From assembly GCA_963664405.1 (NCBI GenBank), contig OY761158.1:128001-192000 (forward strand): a stretch of DNA of 64,000 bases, given 5' to 3'. Shown here piece by piece: positions 28,703-38,588 of the stretch. Within the stretch, counting starts at the first letter, position 1; the number at the start of each line of letters is the position of its first letter. A program made the translations under genes and the position numbers. The stretch comes from Thermoanaerobaculia bacterium (GTDB lineage Bacteria; Acidobacteriota; Thermoanaerobaculia; Multivoradales; Multivoraceae). The notes beneath the pieces were generated by a model. The model did not search any database and was not told where the DNA came from. It saw only the letters and a list, made by a program, of their open reading frames with translations.

Positions 28703-29473
28703 TTAGACCCGAGCCAACTCCGCTCCTAGCTTCAAAGTCGCCCTCATCACCTCGTAGCTCCGAAGCTCCTGTTGCAGGAAGCCTCTGCGGACGCGGGCGC
28801 AGACTTCTTCGACCTCACGGAGGATCTTGGCAGGTGGCGGGTCGGCCGCGAGCGCGGGAGGTGCCTGGATGCGAGTGCGCAAAAGGAATGACAGGGCAGC
28901 GGGTGAGATCAGGTCTCGTGGCGACGGCCCGCACGACTCGCACACGATCTCGTCGGCAGCCTGCGGGAGTACCGCAGACACATCCGCGAAACTACAGCCG
29001 CAAGACGGACACGCGATCGGCGCTGGGAAGATTCCGCCGAGACGCAGGACCCAGATTTCGAAATAGCGCGTCACCAGGTCTCGGTCGGCCCCGGTCTCGA
29101 GCCAGGAGAGTGTCGAGCCAAGGAGGCGGAACAGACGCTCACTATCCTCGTTCTCCTGCGCGAACTGGACCATATGCTCCGCCAGATAGCTAGAAACGAG
29201 TATTCCCTCGAGATCGTCCATCAGACCGCGACACGGCCGCACCAGCTCCACCTCCTCGATTCGAACCAGATCTCTCCCCTCCTTCTCGAACCACCGAATA
29301 TGAACCATCGCGAGAGGCTGAAGCTGGCCCGCGAAGCGACTGTACTTGGTGCGCGCCCCCCGCGTGACGCCGCGTTTCAACCCCAACTCGGAGGTCAGGA
29401 CGGTAACGATGCGATCGCGATCGTGCAAATCCACGACATCGAGAACAAAAGCTTCTGCGCTGAGACGACGCAT
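28703..29473 (-). CDS. recO: DNA repair protein RecO
   Basis: DRIVTVLT..G..RGVTRGAR..SRFAG.LQP; CxxC..CxxC zinc site; near era. Confidence 0.92.
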   Translation of the reverse strand: MRRLSAEAFVLDVVDLHDRDRIVTVLTSELGLKRGVTRGARTKYSRFAGQLQPLAMVHIRWFEKEGRDLVRIEEVELVRPCRGLMDDLEGILVSSYLAEHMVQFAQENEDSERLFRLLGSTLSWLETGADRDLVTRYFEIWVLRLGGIFPAPIACPSCGCSFADVSAVLPQAADEIVCESCGPSPRDLISPAALSFLLRTRIQAPPALAADPPPAKILREVEEVCARVRRGFLQQELRSYEVMRATLKLGAELARV

Positions 29474-29476
29474 CGC

Positions 29477-30865
29477 CTATCGAACTAGAAGGTCGATCAT
29501 GCTGAGGGCCAAGCCGAAGTAGATCAAGATACCGGTGAGGTCACTGGTGGTCGTGACCAGTGGGCTGGCCGCCACTGCCGGATCGATCCCCAGTCGATCG
29601 AAAAGAACAGGGGCAGCCGCACCGTTAAAAGAGGCCACCATGACCACTAGAAAGAGAGAGCCTCCCACCACGATGGCAAAGGGGAGGCTACTCTCGATAA
29701 GCAAGGCTCCCGCGGCCGCCAGGACGGCACAGACCAGGCCCATGAGGGCACCGACTCTCAACTGTTGAAACAGAAACTGAGCGAACCTTCCTTCTCCCCC
29801 GCGCAGCTGGCCGGTGGCGAGCCCACGCACCGCAACTGTCGAGGTCTGACCTCCGATGTTGCCACCGATGCCCATGATCACAGGCACGAAGGAAAGGAGG
29901 AAGAGCGCCTCTTTGAGGCTCACCTGAAAGTAACGAAGGAGATGGCCGCTCAGTAGCAGCCCCAAGCCATTGACCAGGATCCAGGGCAGCCGGATACGGG
30001 CCACCTTCCAGGACCGCTCTTGGTACTGGAGCTCGTCGTCCGAGGTCCCCGCCATCTTCATCAAGTCTTCAGTTGCTTCCTCTTGGAAAACGTCGATGAT
30101 GTCGTCGAAAGTGACGATCCCGACGAGTCTGTTGTCCGCGTCGGCCACCGGGATCGCAAGCAGGTCGTAGTGCGCGGCGAGCTCGGCCACTTGTTCCTGG
30201 TCGGTCGTGGTCGTGACTTTGATCGCAGAGCGGGTCATGAACTCTTCCAAGCGTCGAGTGGGCGCCGTGAGCAGAAGCTGCCGTAGGGAAGTAACCCCGA
30301 CCAAGCGCTCCTCTTCGTCGACGACATAGAGATAGAAGATCATCTCCACATCGCGGGCGCCCTGAATCGCAGCGATCGCTTCGCTGACCGTGGTCTTCTG
30401 GGGCAGCGAGAAGAAGTCCGGGGTCATGATCCGGCCCGCGCTATCGTCCTCGTATTCGAGGTGCGTCTGAACCTCGGCCCTCTGCTCTACGTCGACCCTC
30501 CGCAGGACCTCTCCGCGGGTCTCCTCAGGCAAGAGATCGACCAGCATCGCGGCATCATCGACCGCCATGTGCTCGAGGACGTCCGCGATCTGGCCCACTG
30601 ACATAGCTTCAAGTAGGCGACGTCGATTCGAACGCTCCATGGCTGTAAGCACATCGCCGGCACTCTCCGGATAGCCCGAAAGCACAACTTCGAAGACCGA
30701 CACCTGCTCCGCGTCAGTCAGCCCATCGAGGAGAATGGGAACGTCTTCGGGGCGAACCTTCCCCAGGAGGCGGAGAAGATGGGAGCTCGCGCCTCGCCTT
30801 ACCAGCTTGCGAACCCGGCTTCGGGCCAACTGGGCCCGACGGCTGTCGGCGAGCGCCGTTTCCAT
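29477..30865 (-). CDS. mgtE: Magnesium transporter MgtE
   Basis: SAGRIMT CBS pair, RLPW, GGNIGGQ, DPAVAASPLVTT..D; start at ATG 30865. Confidence 0.94.
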   Translation of the reverse strand: METALADSRRAQLARSRVRKLVRRGASSHLLRLLGKVRPEDVPILLDGLTDAEQVSVFEVVLSGYPESAGDVLTAMERSNRRRLLEAMSVGQIADVLEHMAVDDAAMLVDLLPEETRGEVLRRVDVEQRAEVQTHLEYEDDSAGRIMTPDFFSLPQKTTVSEAIAAIQGARDVEMIFYLYVVDEEERLVGVTSLRQLLLTAPTRRLEEFMTRSAIKVTTTTDQEQVAELAAHYDLLAIPVADADNRLVGIVTFDDIIDVFQEEATEDLMKMAGTSDDELQYQERSWKVARIRLPWILVNGLGLLLSGHLLRYFQVSLKEALFLLSFVPVIMGIGGNIGGQTSTVAVRGLATGQLRGGEGRFAQFLFQQLRVGALMGLVCAVLAAAGALLIESSLPFAIVVGGSLFLVVMVASFNGAAAPVLFDRLGIDPAVAASPLVTTTSDLTGILIYFGLALSMIDLLVR

Positions 30866-30873
30866 ACCCCGCC

Positions 30874-31827
30874 TCACAAATCGCCCTCGCTCTTCTCGAT
30901 GTTGGCGCCGAGATCCACATTTCGCGCCTCCTTGTCGAGACGCTCGAGGATCCGTCCCTTTTCGCGCCAGTTGGCCTCGCAACGAACGTGGGCTCGTAGA
31001 AAGACCCGGCGTTCGAGATATTGCTCGAGGTCAAGTCGTGCGTCGGTGCTGATGGCCCTGATCATTCGTCCCTCCTTGCCGAGAACGATTCGTCGCTGGC
31101 TCTCCCGTTCGACCAGAATCGTCGCCAGAATGGAGACCAGCCCGCCGCGCTCCTCTTCCTCCCAAGAGTCGATGATTACCGCCGTAGAGTAAGGAAGCTC
31201 TTGACGGGTGTGGCTGAGCAACTTCTCCCGAATCCTCTCGGCCACCAAGAATCTCTCGGGGTGCAATGTAAGGAGATCCTCGTCATAGCGAGCCGCTCCT
31301 TCAGGCAGACGCTCCCAAAGAAGGTCGGCGAGGAGCGCGACGCCGTCTCCGCTTCGAGCGCTGAGAGGAACGATCTCGTCGAAGAGAGCGGTCTCGGCAT
31401 AGCGAGCAATGCGCGGAAGCAACGCCTCTTTGGCCATGATATCGACCTTGTTCAGCACAGCGACCTTCGGAGCCTGGGCCCGCTTGACGAGCTCGATCAT
31501 GTACTCGTCTCCGCCACCAAAAGGAGCAGCAGCGTCGGCGAGGAGGCAAACGACGTCCGCCTCATTCAGCGCGTCCGTCGCCGCCCTGACCATACGCCGG
31601 TTCAGCCGGTGCCGGCCCTTGTGCACGCCGGGGGTGTCGAGCAGAAGCATCTGGCCGCGCTTCTCGGACAGGATACCGACGATTCGGTTGCGGGTGGTCT
31701 GAGGCTTCTCGGAGACGATCGCGAGCTTCTCGCGCAGCAGACTGTTCAACAGAGTCGACTTCCCCGCATTCGGCCGCCCCACAAGGGCCACTTTCCCGAA
31801 GCGGCGCACTACTTCTCGCTCAGCCAT
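30874..31827 (-). CDS. era: GTPase Era
   Basis: GRPNAGKSTL, KPQTTR, DTPG, NKVD, ELPYS, KH domain. Confidence 0.96.
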   Translation of the reverse strand: MAEREVVRRFGKVALVGRPNAGKSTLLNSLLREKLAIVSEKPQTTRNRIVGILSEKRGQMLLLDTPGVHKGRHRLNRRMVRAATDALNEADVVCLLADAAAPFGGGDEYMIELVKRAQAPKVAVLNKVDIMAKEALLPRIARYAETALFDEIVPLSARSGDGVALLADLLWERLPEGAARYDEDLLTLHPERFLVAERIREKLLSHTRQELPYSTAVIIDSWEEEERGGLVSILATILVERESQRRIVLGKEGRMIRAISTDARLDLEQYLERRVFLRAHVRCEANWREKGRILERLDKEARNVDLGANIEKSEGDL

Positions 31828-32249
31828 TGCTTCCTCAGCTCGCCTTCCAAGGTCTCCATCTCTCCCTCGTCTCGTTCGTGATCATAGCCAAGACAGTGCA
31901 AGACTCCGTGGAGCGCCAGTACCCTAAGCTCTCTCGCGAGCCCGTGGCCTGCCGCCTCGGCCTGGCAGCGAGCTACCGGAACGCAGATCACAATATCGCC
32001 AAGATGAACCCCCTCCTCGTTCACCGTCCCAGGAAAAGAAAGAACATCCGTAGCGTAATCGAGGCCTCGAAAGCTCCGATTCATCCCTCGCATGGCGCGA
32101 TGCCCATTGAAACGCAGCCCCACAGTATCGGCGCTTGGCGCTAACTCGCGGACGAGGCTCTCGAGCCAGGCCCGCAGAGCCTTCGTCTCGATCTCTCGAT
32201 AGGAGCCGGCGTTCTGCACAACGACCTCCAACGAGCGAGGAGTAGGCAC
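31809..32249 (-). CDS. ybeY: rRNA maturation RNase YbeY
   Basis: ATDVLSFP, LGDIVI, HGVLHCLGYDH; start estimated at GTG 32249. Confidence 0.93.
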   Translation of the reverse strand: MPTPRSLEVVVQNAGSYREIETKALRAWLESLVRELAPSADTVGLRFNGHRAMRGMNRSFRGLDYATDVLSFPGTVNEEGVHLGDIVICVPVARCQAEAAGHGLARELRVLALHGVLHCLGYDHERDEGEMETLEGELRKQWLSEK

Positions 32250-32274
32250 GCTGGTTGGTCTCCACTGAGCGGCT

Positions 32275-34593
32275 TCAGTTGCCGCGGACGACTCGTAACT
32301 GGGAGCTCTCTTTGTCCGACTCGAACTCGAAACCGGGATAGTCCACCCGTCGGTGATGAAGATTCTCGAGGACTCGCTGAAACTCGGCCCGCAGCGCCTT
32401 GAGGTCGGCAAGCGTAAGGTCGGTCTCATCGAGCTGACCCGACGAGTGGCCTGCATCGAAAATTTGGTCGATAACGTTGCGAATACTCGTCGAACTGGCC
32501 TCGACCAGGGTTCGACTCGCCGCCTCGACGGCGTCCGCGAGCATCAGCACACCCATCGCCCTATTCTGGGGCTTGGGCCCCGGGTAGCGATAGGCGTCTT
32601 CGTCGACCGTCTCACCACCCTTCGATTCAAGCGCCCGGTTGTGAAAATAGGCCAACAGATTCGTGCCGTGATGCTGCGCGATAGCGTCTATGATCACCTG
32701 CGGCAGGCGCGCTTCTCCAGCCATCTCCAGCCCATCGGTGACATGGCCGATCACGATGCGAGCACTCAACGAAGGCTCGAGACTGTCGTGGGGGTTGGGG
32801 CCACGTTGGTTCTCGATGAAGTACTCGCTCCGGGGGATCTTGCCGATGTCGTGATAGAGGCCGGAGGTATAGGCGAGCACCGCATCGGCGCCGATCTCCG
32901 CGCATCCCGCCTTGGCTAGATTCGCCACCATCAGCGAGTGCTGAAAGGTACCTGGCGCCTCGAACGCCAGACGCCTCAGCAAGGGAAGATTCGTGTTTGA
33001 CAGCTCAACCAAAGTGACGTCCGTCGTCAGCGACAGCAGCCACTCAAAAAGAGGGACCGCAAACCCGGCGACCGCGGCAACCAGAAGGCCCCCCACCAAG
33101 CCACAGGCGAGGCTCAAGCCGAACTCTTCGAGATCTACCAGATCCTCCCCACCCCGCAGGGTGACAATCATCATCACCGAGACCGAATTGACGACACCGA
33201 CCACTAGACCCGCTCCGTTCACTGACGAACGCTTCTTGACCTGATCGAGGAAGTAGATGGCGCTCAGCGAGCCAACGAGAGCGTAGATAACGATCGTCCA
33301 GGAGTCGCCTTGCGTGAACTGCCCGGAGAGCACCGAGAAGACGATGCTCGTCACTAGGGCGATGCTGCGGCCGTAGAGGAGGAAACTGATCAGCGCCACA
33401 GCGGCGTAGGGAATCCCGTAGAGATAGATCGACGGTGAATTAAACGGAGCGGATTCGAAGAATCCACCGAGCGCCGCAGATGTGAGAATCGAGAAGCGTA
33501 AACAGACCAAGCTCAGAGTCAGCAGCATCAGGAGGCCACTGAGTATCCGCCGAGGCTCCCCCGACAGATGTGGCTCGCGCTTCAAAGCCAGCCAGATAAG
33601 GAAGGCTCCAAGAGTCAGAAGCAGAAACTGTCCCGCCGAAGGCAGTAGCAGCGAAAGCGCGCTCTTGCGACCCATCATCTGATTGATGAATCGCATCCCG
33701 ACCTGGTCGATCTGGTCACCTTTGCGAACGATCACCTGGCCCGGGCCCCGGCGTTGGAAAACGGCCGGCGTCGCCTGAGCCGCCTCCTCTTGCCGCGCCA
33801 GACTCTCGCTTCGGTTGAGGAAGACGTTTGGCGTGATGTTGGAGAACAGAAACTCCCGCAGCAGTTTCCGCTCTCCGCGATCGTGATCCAACCAACGGCG
33901 GCTCTCCGTCTCGATCTGCTCTTGTACCTCAGCGGGGAAATCGAGATAGCGGTAGACGTCCAGCTGAAGCCGCTCCTCACCGGTCTCCAGGTTGCGAAGA
34001 CGGATCCCTCGCTCGCGCTGCTGGAGTAGGTCCGACTTGTTACTCACCACTCCCTTTTGGAGGATCTCGCTAATTACGTTCTTAAGCCGCTGCTCCAGCT
34101 CGCCAGAGAAGTCGTGGGCGGTGAAGACCTCGAGCTGAGCCTGATCGACCTTGATCGACGACGCAGCGAGCAGTGCCTCGAGAGGCGTCTCCGCCTCTTC
34201 ATCGACCACATCGTCTCCATCATCCTCCGCCAATGTGGTAGCCCGACCCACCTCAAAGAGCTGAACGAGCTCGTCCTCTCGAGTTCGCGCAACCCCAGGC
34301 TCGAAATCGAAGAGCGTGAGGACCTCTTCTCGGGCGCGAGCACGCCTCGCCCCCGTCGTTTCCTCGTCCTCCCAGAGTAGCTCTCGATTGGCCAGGTAAT
34401 CACGAGTCGCAATCTGCCCCGACTCGACGCGGGCAACGAAGAAGCTCCCGGAGGGCAGAAGAACCCACAGGCCCGTCGCCAGAAACACGAGGACCCACAG
34501 CGCCTCTCGACCCACGAGTCGCTGCCACAGGCGCCGCGCCCGCACCCTCAGAGTGGCGCCTCGGGCCTTTGACTGATGCTCTTGGTCGCCCAT
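32275..34593 (-). CDS. 7TM-HD (HDIG) phosphohydrolase, PgpH/YqfF-like
   Basis: N-terminal TM, large extracytoplasmic domain, 7TM region, EAPGTFQHS, YHDIGK, FIENQ, HHGT, YRYPGPKP, MLADAVEAA. Confidence 0.9.
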   Translation of the reverse strand: MGDQEHQSKARGATLRVRARRLWQRLVGREALWVLVFLATGLWVLLPSGSFFVARVESGQIATRDYLANRELLWEDEETTGARRARAREEVLTLFDFEPGVARTREDELVQLFEVGRATTLAEDDGDDVVDEEAETPLEALLAASSIKVDQAQLEVFTAHDFSGELEQRLKNVISEILQKGVVSNKSDLLQQRERGIRLRNLETGEERLQLDVYRYLDFPAEVQEQIETESRRWLDHDRGERKLLREFLFSNITPNVFLNRSESLARQEEAAQATPAVFQRRGPGQVIVRKGDQIDQVGMRFINQMMGRKSALSLLLPSAGQFLLLTLGAFLIWLALKREPHLSGEPRRILSGLLMLLTLSLVCLRFSILTSAALGGFFESAPFNSPSIYLYGIPYAAVALISFLLYGRSIALVTSIVFSVLSGQFTQGDSWTIVIYALVGSLSAIYFLDQVKKRSSVNGAGLVVGVVNSVSVMMIVTLRGGEDLVDLEEFGLSLACGLVGGLLVAAVAGFAVPLFEWLLSLTTDVTLVELSNTNLPLLRRLAFEAPGTFQHSLMVANLAKAGCAEIGADAVLAYTSGLYHDIGKIPRSEYFIENQRGPNPHDSLEPSLSARIVIGHVTDGLEMAGEARLPQVIIDAIAQHHGTNLLAYFHNRALESKGGETVDEDAYRYPGPKPQNRAMGVLMLADAVEAASRTLVEASSTSIRNVIDQIFDAGHSSGQLDETDLTLADLKALRAEFQRVLENLHHRRVDYPGFEFESDKESSQLRVVRGN

Positions 34594-34607
34594 CCCCGCG
34601 TCCTTCC

Positions 34608-35675
34608 TCAGCCCTCGACGTCCGCTGTTGCACCCGCGGAGCCATCGGTTCCGGCCCTCGTCCTGGCATTGCCCGAGACGGCGGATTGTGTGCCCTTTTG
34701 AAAGCGATCGTACGCTGAAACGATCTCGCGCACCAGCGGATGGCGCACAACGTCAGCCTCTCCGAAACTCACGAAGTCGATTCCCGGCACTCCCTCGAGC
34801 ACTCGTTTCGCATCCACGAGGCCCGGCAATCGACCGGCGGGTAGATCCACCTGGGTGACGTCGCCGGTCACCACCGCTCGCGAGCCGAGCCCGATGCGAG
34901 TTACGAACATCTTCATCTGCTCGACAGTCGTGTTTTGAGCCTCGTCGAGAATGATGAAGCTGTCGTTCAGGGTTCGTCCTCGCATAAACGCGAGAGACGC
35001 GATCTCGATGATGCCTCTCTCTATGAGCCTCGCCACCTTCTCAAAACCCAGAATGTCGTAAAGGGCATCATAAAGGGGGCAAAGATAGGGATTCACCTTC
35101 TCCACCAGGTCGCCGGGCAGAAAGCCCAGCTTTTCTCCAGCCTCCAAGGCGGGCCGAGTGAGCACAACGCGCTGCACCTTCTTGTCCAAGAGATGGGACG
35201 CCGCGACCGCCACCGCCAGGTAGGTCTTTCCGGTACCCGCAGGCCCGATCCCGAAAACCAGCTCTCTGCTCTGCATCGCGCTCAAGTAGCGCTTCTGATT
35301 GAGACTTCGAGGCGACACCAGCCGGCTCGCCTTGGCGGAGACTCCTTGATCGAGAAAGAAGTCGACGAGAGAGGAGTCGCCGACTTCCGCCAGAACTCGC
35401 AAGGCCGTTTCGATGTCTCGGGAACTGGGCCGGAAGCCCCGCTCCATCAATCGCCCGAGCTCCGCCAGTAGATGCTTCGCCGCCTGAGCGTCTCCTTTCG
35501 CGCCGCAGATACGGACCTCGTCGCCTCGCGCCGAGATCCGAACCGAGAAAGCCTTCTCGATACTGCGCAAGTTCTCGTCGCGAGCGCCAAAGAGGAGGTC
35601 TACTCCGCCTGATGGCAGAGAGATCTCATCCTGATGTGTTCCAGGTTGCGTCTCGAGCGTGACTTCCGGGCTCAC
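34608..35675 (-). CDS. phoH: PhoH-family ATPase (KH + PhoH)
   Basis: LLFGARDENL, GPAGTGKTYLA, RPALEAGEKLGFLPG, MRGRT, DEAQN; GTG 35675 preceded by TAGAAT and GGAGG. Confidence 0.93.
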   Translation of the reverse strand: MSPEVTLETQPGTHQDEISLPSGGVDLLFGARDENLRSIEKAFSVRISARGDEVRICGAKGDAQAAKHLLAELGRLMERGFRPSSRDIETALRVLAEVGDSSLVDFFLDQGVSAKASRLVSPRSLNQKRYLSAMQSRELVFGIGPAGTGKTYLAVAVAASHLLDKKVQRVVLTRPALEAGEKLGFLPGDLVEKVNPYLCPLYDALYDILGFEKVARLIERGIIEIASLAFMRGRTLNDSFIILDEAQNTTVEQMKMFVTRIGLGSRAVVTGDVTQVDLPAGRLPGLVDAKRVLEGVPGIDFVSFGEADVVRHPLVREIVSAYDRFQKGTQSAVSGNARTRAGTDGSAGATADVEG

Positions 35676-35751
35676 AGGAGGCCTCCCAGCACCAGATTCT
35701 ACCAGCCGGGGCTCCTGCAGGGCCCCGAGAGTGCCCAGACGACCCTCTGCC

Positions 35752-36210
35752 TCACCTACCTTCTCTCGTCGCCGAGTCCCCCTCCGGGCTCGATTCGCGA
35801 ATCTCACGCCTTCCATCAGCCAGAGTACGAAAGGAGTAGACGGTGGCACCCGCCCGTAGCGCCGGCGGAAGACGTTCGGCCCACTCAACGACCTTGAGGC
35901 CGGGAGAAGCAAGGATCTCTTCTATGCCGATGGCATGCACCTCTGCCATCTCGAGACGAAAGAGATCGAGGTGGATCAGATCGACACGGCCTCCTCGATG
36001 CTCCCGTACCAAGGTGAAAGTGGGCGATTGCACCTCCCGCTCACTCACCCCCAGGCCCCGGCCGACACCCTGGGTAAAGACTGTCTTCCCCGCCCCCATC
36101 TCGCCGATCAGCAACAACACGGCATGACCAACGCGCTCAAACTCCCGCGCAAGCGTCTCCCCGAGCGATCGCGTCTCTTCCTCGTCGGCGGTGATCCAGA
36201 GGCGAGACAA
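35752..36210 (-). CDS. tsaE: tRNA threonylcarbamoyladenosine biosynthesis ATPase
   Basis: GEMGAGKT, SPTFTL, HLDLFRL, VEW; follows nnr. Confidence 0.94.
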   Translation of the reverse strand: MSRLWITADEEETRSLGETLAREFERVGHAVLLLIGEMGAGKTVFTQGVGRGLGVSEREVQSPTFTLVREHRGGRVDLIHLDLFRLEMAEVHAIGIEEILASPGLKVVEWAERLPPALRAGATVYSFRTLADGRREIRESSPEGDSATREGR

Positions 36211-36231
36211 GAGAACCTCCTCACTCCTGGC

Positions 36232-37836
36232 TCAGGCCAGCAGTCGTTGCACCTCGGCTTCGGCAACAGGATGGGCCAACCCTCTGCGCGGTGAAGCGGT
36301 GTAGCCACTCACTCTCAGACTGGCCTCGGGCAGGAGCTCCGCGAGATCGCCGGCAAGAACCCCGGCCTGCCCGAGCTTCGCCGCAGCCAAATCGCCTGCC
36401 AAGCCGTGCAGATAGACCGCGGTCCTCGACGCCGTTAGCGCGTCCAGCCCCTGCGCAAGCAAGCCCCCGAGGACGCCGGCAAGAACGTCGCCGCTACCCG
36501 CTGTGGCCATACCCGGATTTCCCGTGGAGTTTACGAAGAGCAGGCCGGAAGGAGTCGCGATGACGGTCCGATGCCCCTTCAGAACGACGACCGCGCCGGT
36601 CTGGGCGGCTGCTGCCGTAGCGGCCTCGAAGCGATCCTCGCTGCCCCGAGGTGTCGGCCGGGAGAGAAGACGACCCAGCTCCCCCGGATGCGGCGTCAAG
36701 ACCGTCTCGGCTCGGCGCGACGCCAACTCCTCCGCGCGTCCGGCAAATGCATTGACACCGTCCGCGTCGAGCACCAAAGGAACCTTCGCAGCAAGCGCCA
36801 CCCCCCGTGCCCACTCCGCAGTCCCCTCGTCGTTCCCCAGGCCGGGTCCGAGAGTGAGGGCATCCTTCCCCGCCACGAAGCTCAGAAGAGTGCTCGCCGC
36901 CTCCTCGCCCAGTGATGACGAGCCGGCTGCGGCCAACGCCAGCGTCATCGCCTCGACGCAACCGTGCTCGACCTCCGAAAGAAGAGCCTCGGGGGTCGCA
37001 ACGGTGAGTAAGCCGACTCCCGTCCTCAACGCCCCTCGAGCCGCTAGAACAGCCGCACCGGACTTGCCGTGCGAGCCCGCCGCCACCACGAGATGTCCGA
37101 AGCTCCCCTTATGGCTTTCTGCCGCGCGCCTTGGCACCCGAAGGTCGGCGGCGGTGGTGAGGTGCGCTCGCGGCGGGATCCTGCCCAAGGCACTTTCGGG
37201 TACTCCGAGATCCGCGACATAGACCTCGCCGGCCCTGCTCGCTGAAGGCGGCAACACTAGAGAAGGCTTGGGCGCGAAAAAGCTGACGGTAGCCACGGCG
37301 TCGATACAGGTGCCCGTCATCGTGCTCGATGTCGCCGGCAATCCACTCGGCAGGTCGAGAGAAAGAACAGGAACCCTCTGCGCGTTGACGCCTTCGATCA
37401 GCGCAGCGCGCCAGCCCTCGATTGGACGAGACAGACCGGTACCAAACAAAGCATCCACGACCAGATCGCTGCCGGCGACTTGCTGAAGAGCGCTCTCGTA
37501 GGTCTCGCCCGAGACCTCGCTCAGGTCGAGGGCCATCGCTTCCAGGACCCCTGCCTGAAGAGCTGCGTCGCCGCGGAGATCGTGACGGGAGGCACAGAGG
37601 AGAACGACCACCTCTCGACCACGGCTGTGCAGATGCCGAGCCAGCGCGAGACCGTCGCCACCGTTGTTGCCGGCGCCACAGATCAAAGAGACGCGCAGCG
37701 CAGCTCCGAAACGCTCCTCGAGCACCTCGCCAGCGGCCAACGCCGCGTTCTCCATCAGTACCGCGCTCGGGATACCGAGCTCCTCGATCACGAAGCTGTC
37801 GATGGCCCGAGCTTCTGAGCTGTCAATCAAGCGCAT
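36232..37836 (-). CDS. nnr: Bifunctional NAD(P)H-hydrate epimerase/dehydratase
   Basis: LMENA, GNNGGDG, DALFGTG, HKGSFG, TPHPGE, GSGDVLAG. Confidence 0.95.
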   Translation of the reverse strand: MRLIDSSEARAIDSFVIEELGIPSAVLMENAALAAGEVLEERFGAALRVSLICGAGNNGGDGLALARHLHSRGREVVVLLCASRHDLRGDAALQAGVLEAMALDLSEVSGETYESALQQVAGSDLVVDALFGTGLSRPIEGWRAALIEGVNAQRVPVLSLDLPSGLPATSSTMTGTCIDAVATVSFFAPKPSLVLPPSASRAGEVYVADLGVPESALGRIPPRAHLTTAADLRVPRRAAESHKGSFGHLVVAAGSHGKSGAAVLAARGALRTGVGLLTVATPEALLSEVEHGCVEAMTLALAAAGSSSLGEEAASTLLSFVAGKDALTLGPGLGNDEGTAEWARGVALAAKVPLVLDADGVNAFAGRAEELASRRAETVLTPHPGELGRLLSRPTPRGSEDRFEAATAAAAQTGAVVVLKGHRTVIATPSGLLFVNSTGNPGMATAGSGDVLAGVLGGLLAQGLDALTASRTAVYLHGLAGDLAAAKLGQAGVLAGDLAELLPEASLRVSGYTASPRRGLAHPVAEAEVQRLLA

Positions 37837-37883
37837 GACACCCGTAGGCTACAGGACATCACTCAGCGTCCGACAGCCGAGAC

Positions 37884-38573
37884 TCAGCGTGCCTCGCACC
37901 AGGCGCTCAGGAGCGCGGCGACGCGCGGTGAGATCAGAGTGCCCGCCTTCAGGCTCTCTTCCAACCATCTCAGATCTTCAGCGTCATCGATGTCACGAGC
38001 ACTCGGAAGCACCTCGGCTCTCACTCCGACTTCGCGACAGCGGGCCCTGGTCTGCATCAGCACCTGTGGCGTACTCCACTCGATATCGCTAAACAGGCGC
38101 GGGTCTAGGGCGGCGACTCGGCAGCCGATAAGATAATAGCCACCGTCCTCAGCCGGGCCGATCACAACGTCGGCTCCCGTTTCCAGCAATGCGAAGCCCT
38201 CCTCGACAACTGCGGCAGCGAGCCCCGGATGATCACTGCCGATGACGATCACCGACGGATATCGCGAGCCCGCTTCGAGGATGGCGTTGTACATGCGCTC
38301 ACCCAGGTCGACCCCATGCTGGCGACAGTTTCCGATCCCCGCGACCGGCCAGTCGGAAGGAGGATCCTCCCCCTTCTCGAGCGCCCACGCGACCTCGAGA
38401 GCGAAATCGCCTTTCCCCATCGACGCGACCTGGTCCTCCACCATGGCGGCGTGGAGCCTCGCCACCATGGTGGCGCTGAGCTCGCCAATTAGGCGAGTCT
38501 GGACCCGGCCAGCTATCGGCGGTTTCGTGAACAGGAGCAGACAACGCTCTCGAGATCGCTCACACTGCGGCAC
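37884..38573 (-). CDS. TIGR04282/DUF2064-family glycosyltransferase-like protein
   Basis: LFTKPPIAGRVQTRL, Q.G.DLGERM, IGSDHP, IGPAEDGGYYLIG, WST, DIDD; start estimated at GTG 38573. Confidence 0.88.
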   Translation of the reverse strand: MPQCERSRERCLLLFTKPPIAGRVQTRLIGELSATMVARLHAAMVEDQVASMGKGDFALEVAWALEKGEDPPSDWPVAGIGNCRQHGVDLGERMYNAILEAGSRYPSVIVIGSDHPGLAAAVVEEGFALLETGADVVIGPAEDGGYYLIGCRVAALDPRLFSDIEWSTPQVLMQTRARCREVGVRAEVLPSARDIDDAEDLRWLEESLKAGTLISPRVAALLSAWCEAR

Positions 38574-38588
38574 AGTCGAGGAGTCTAC

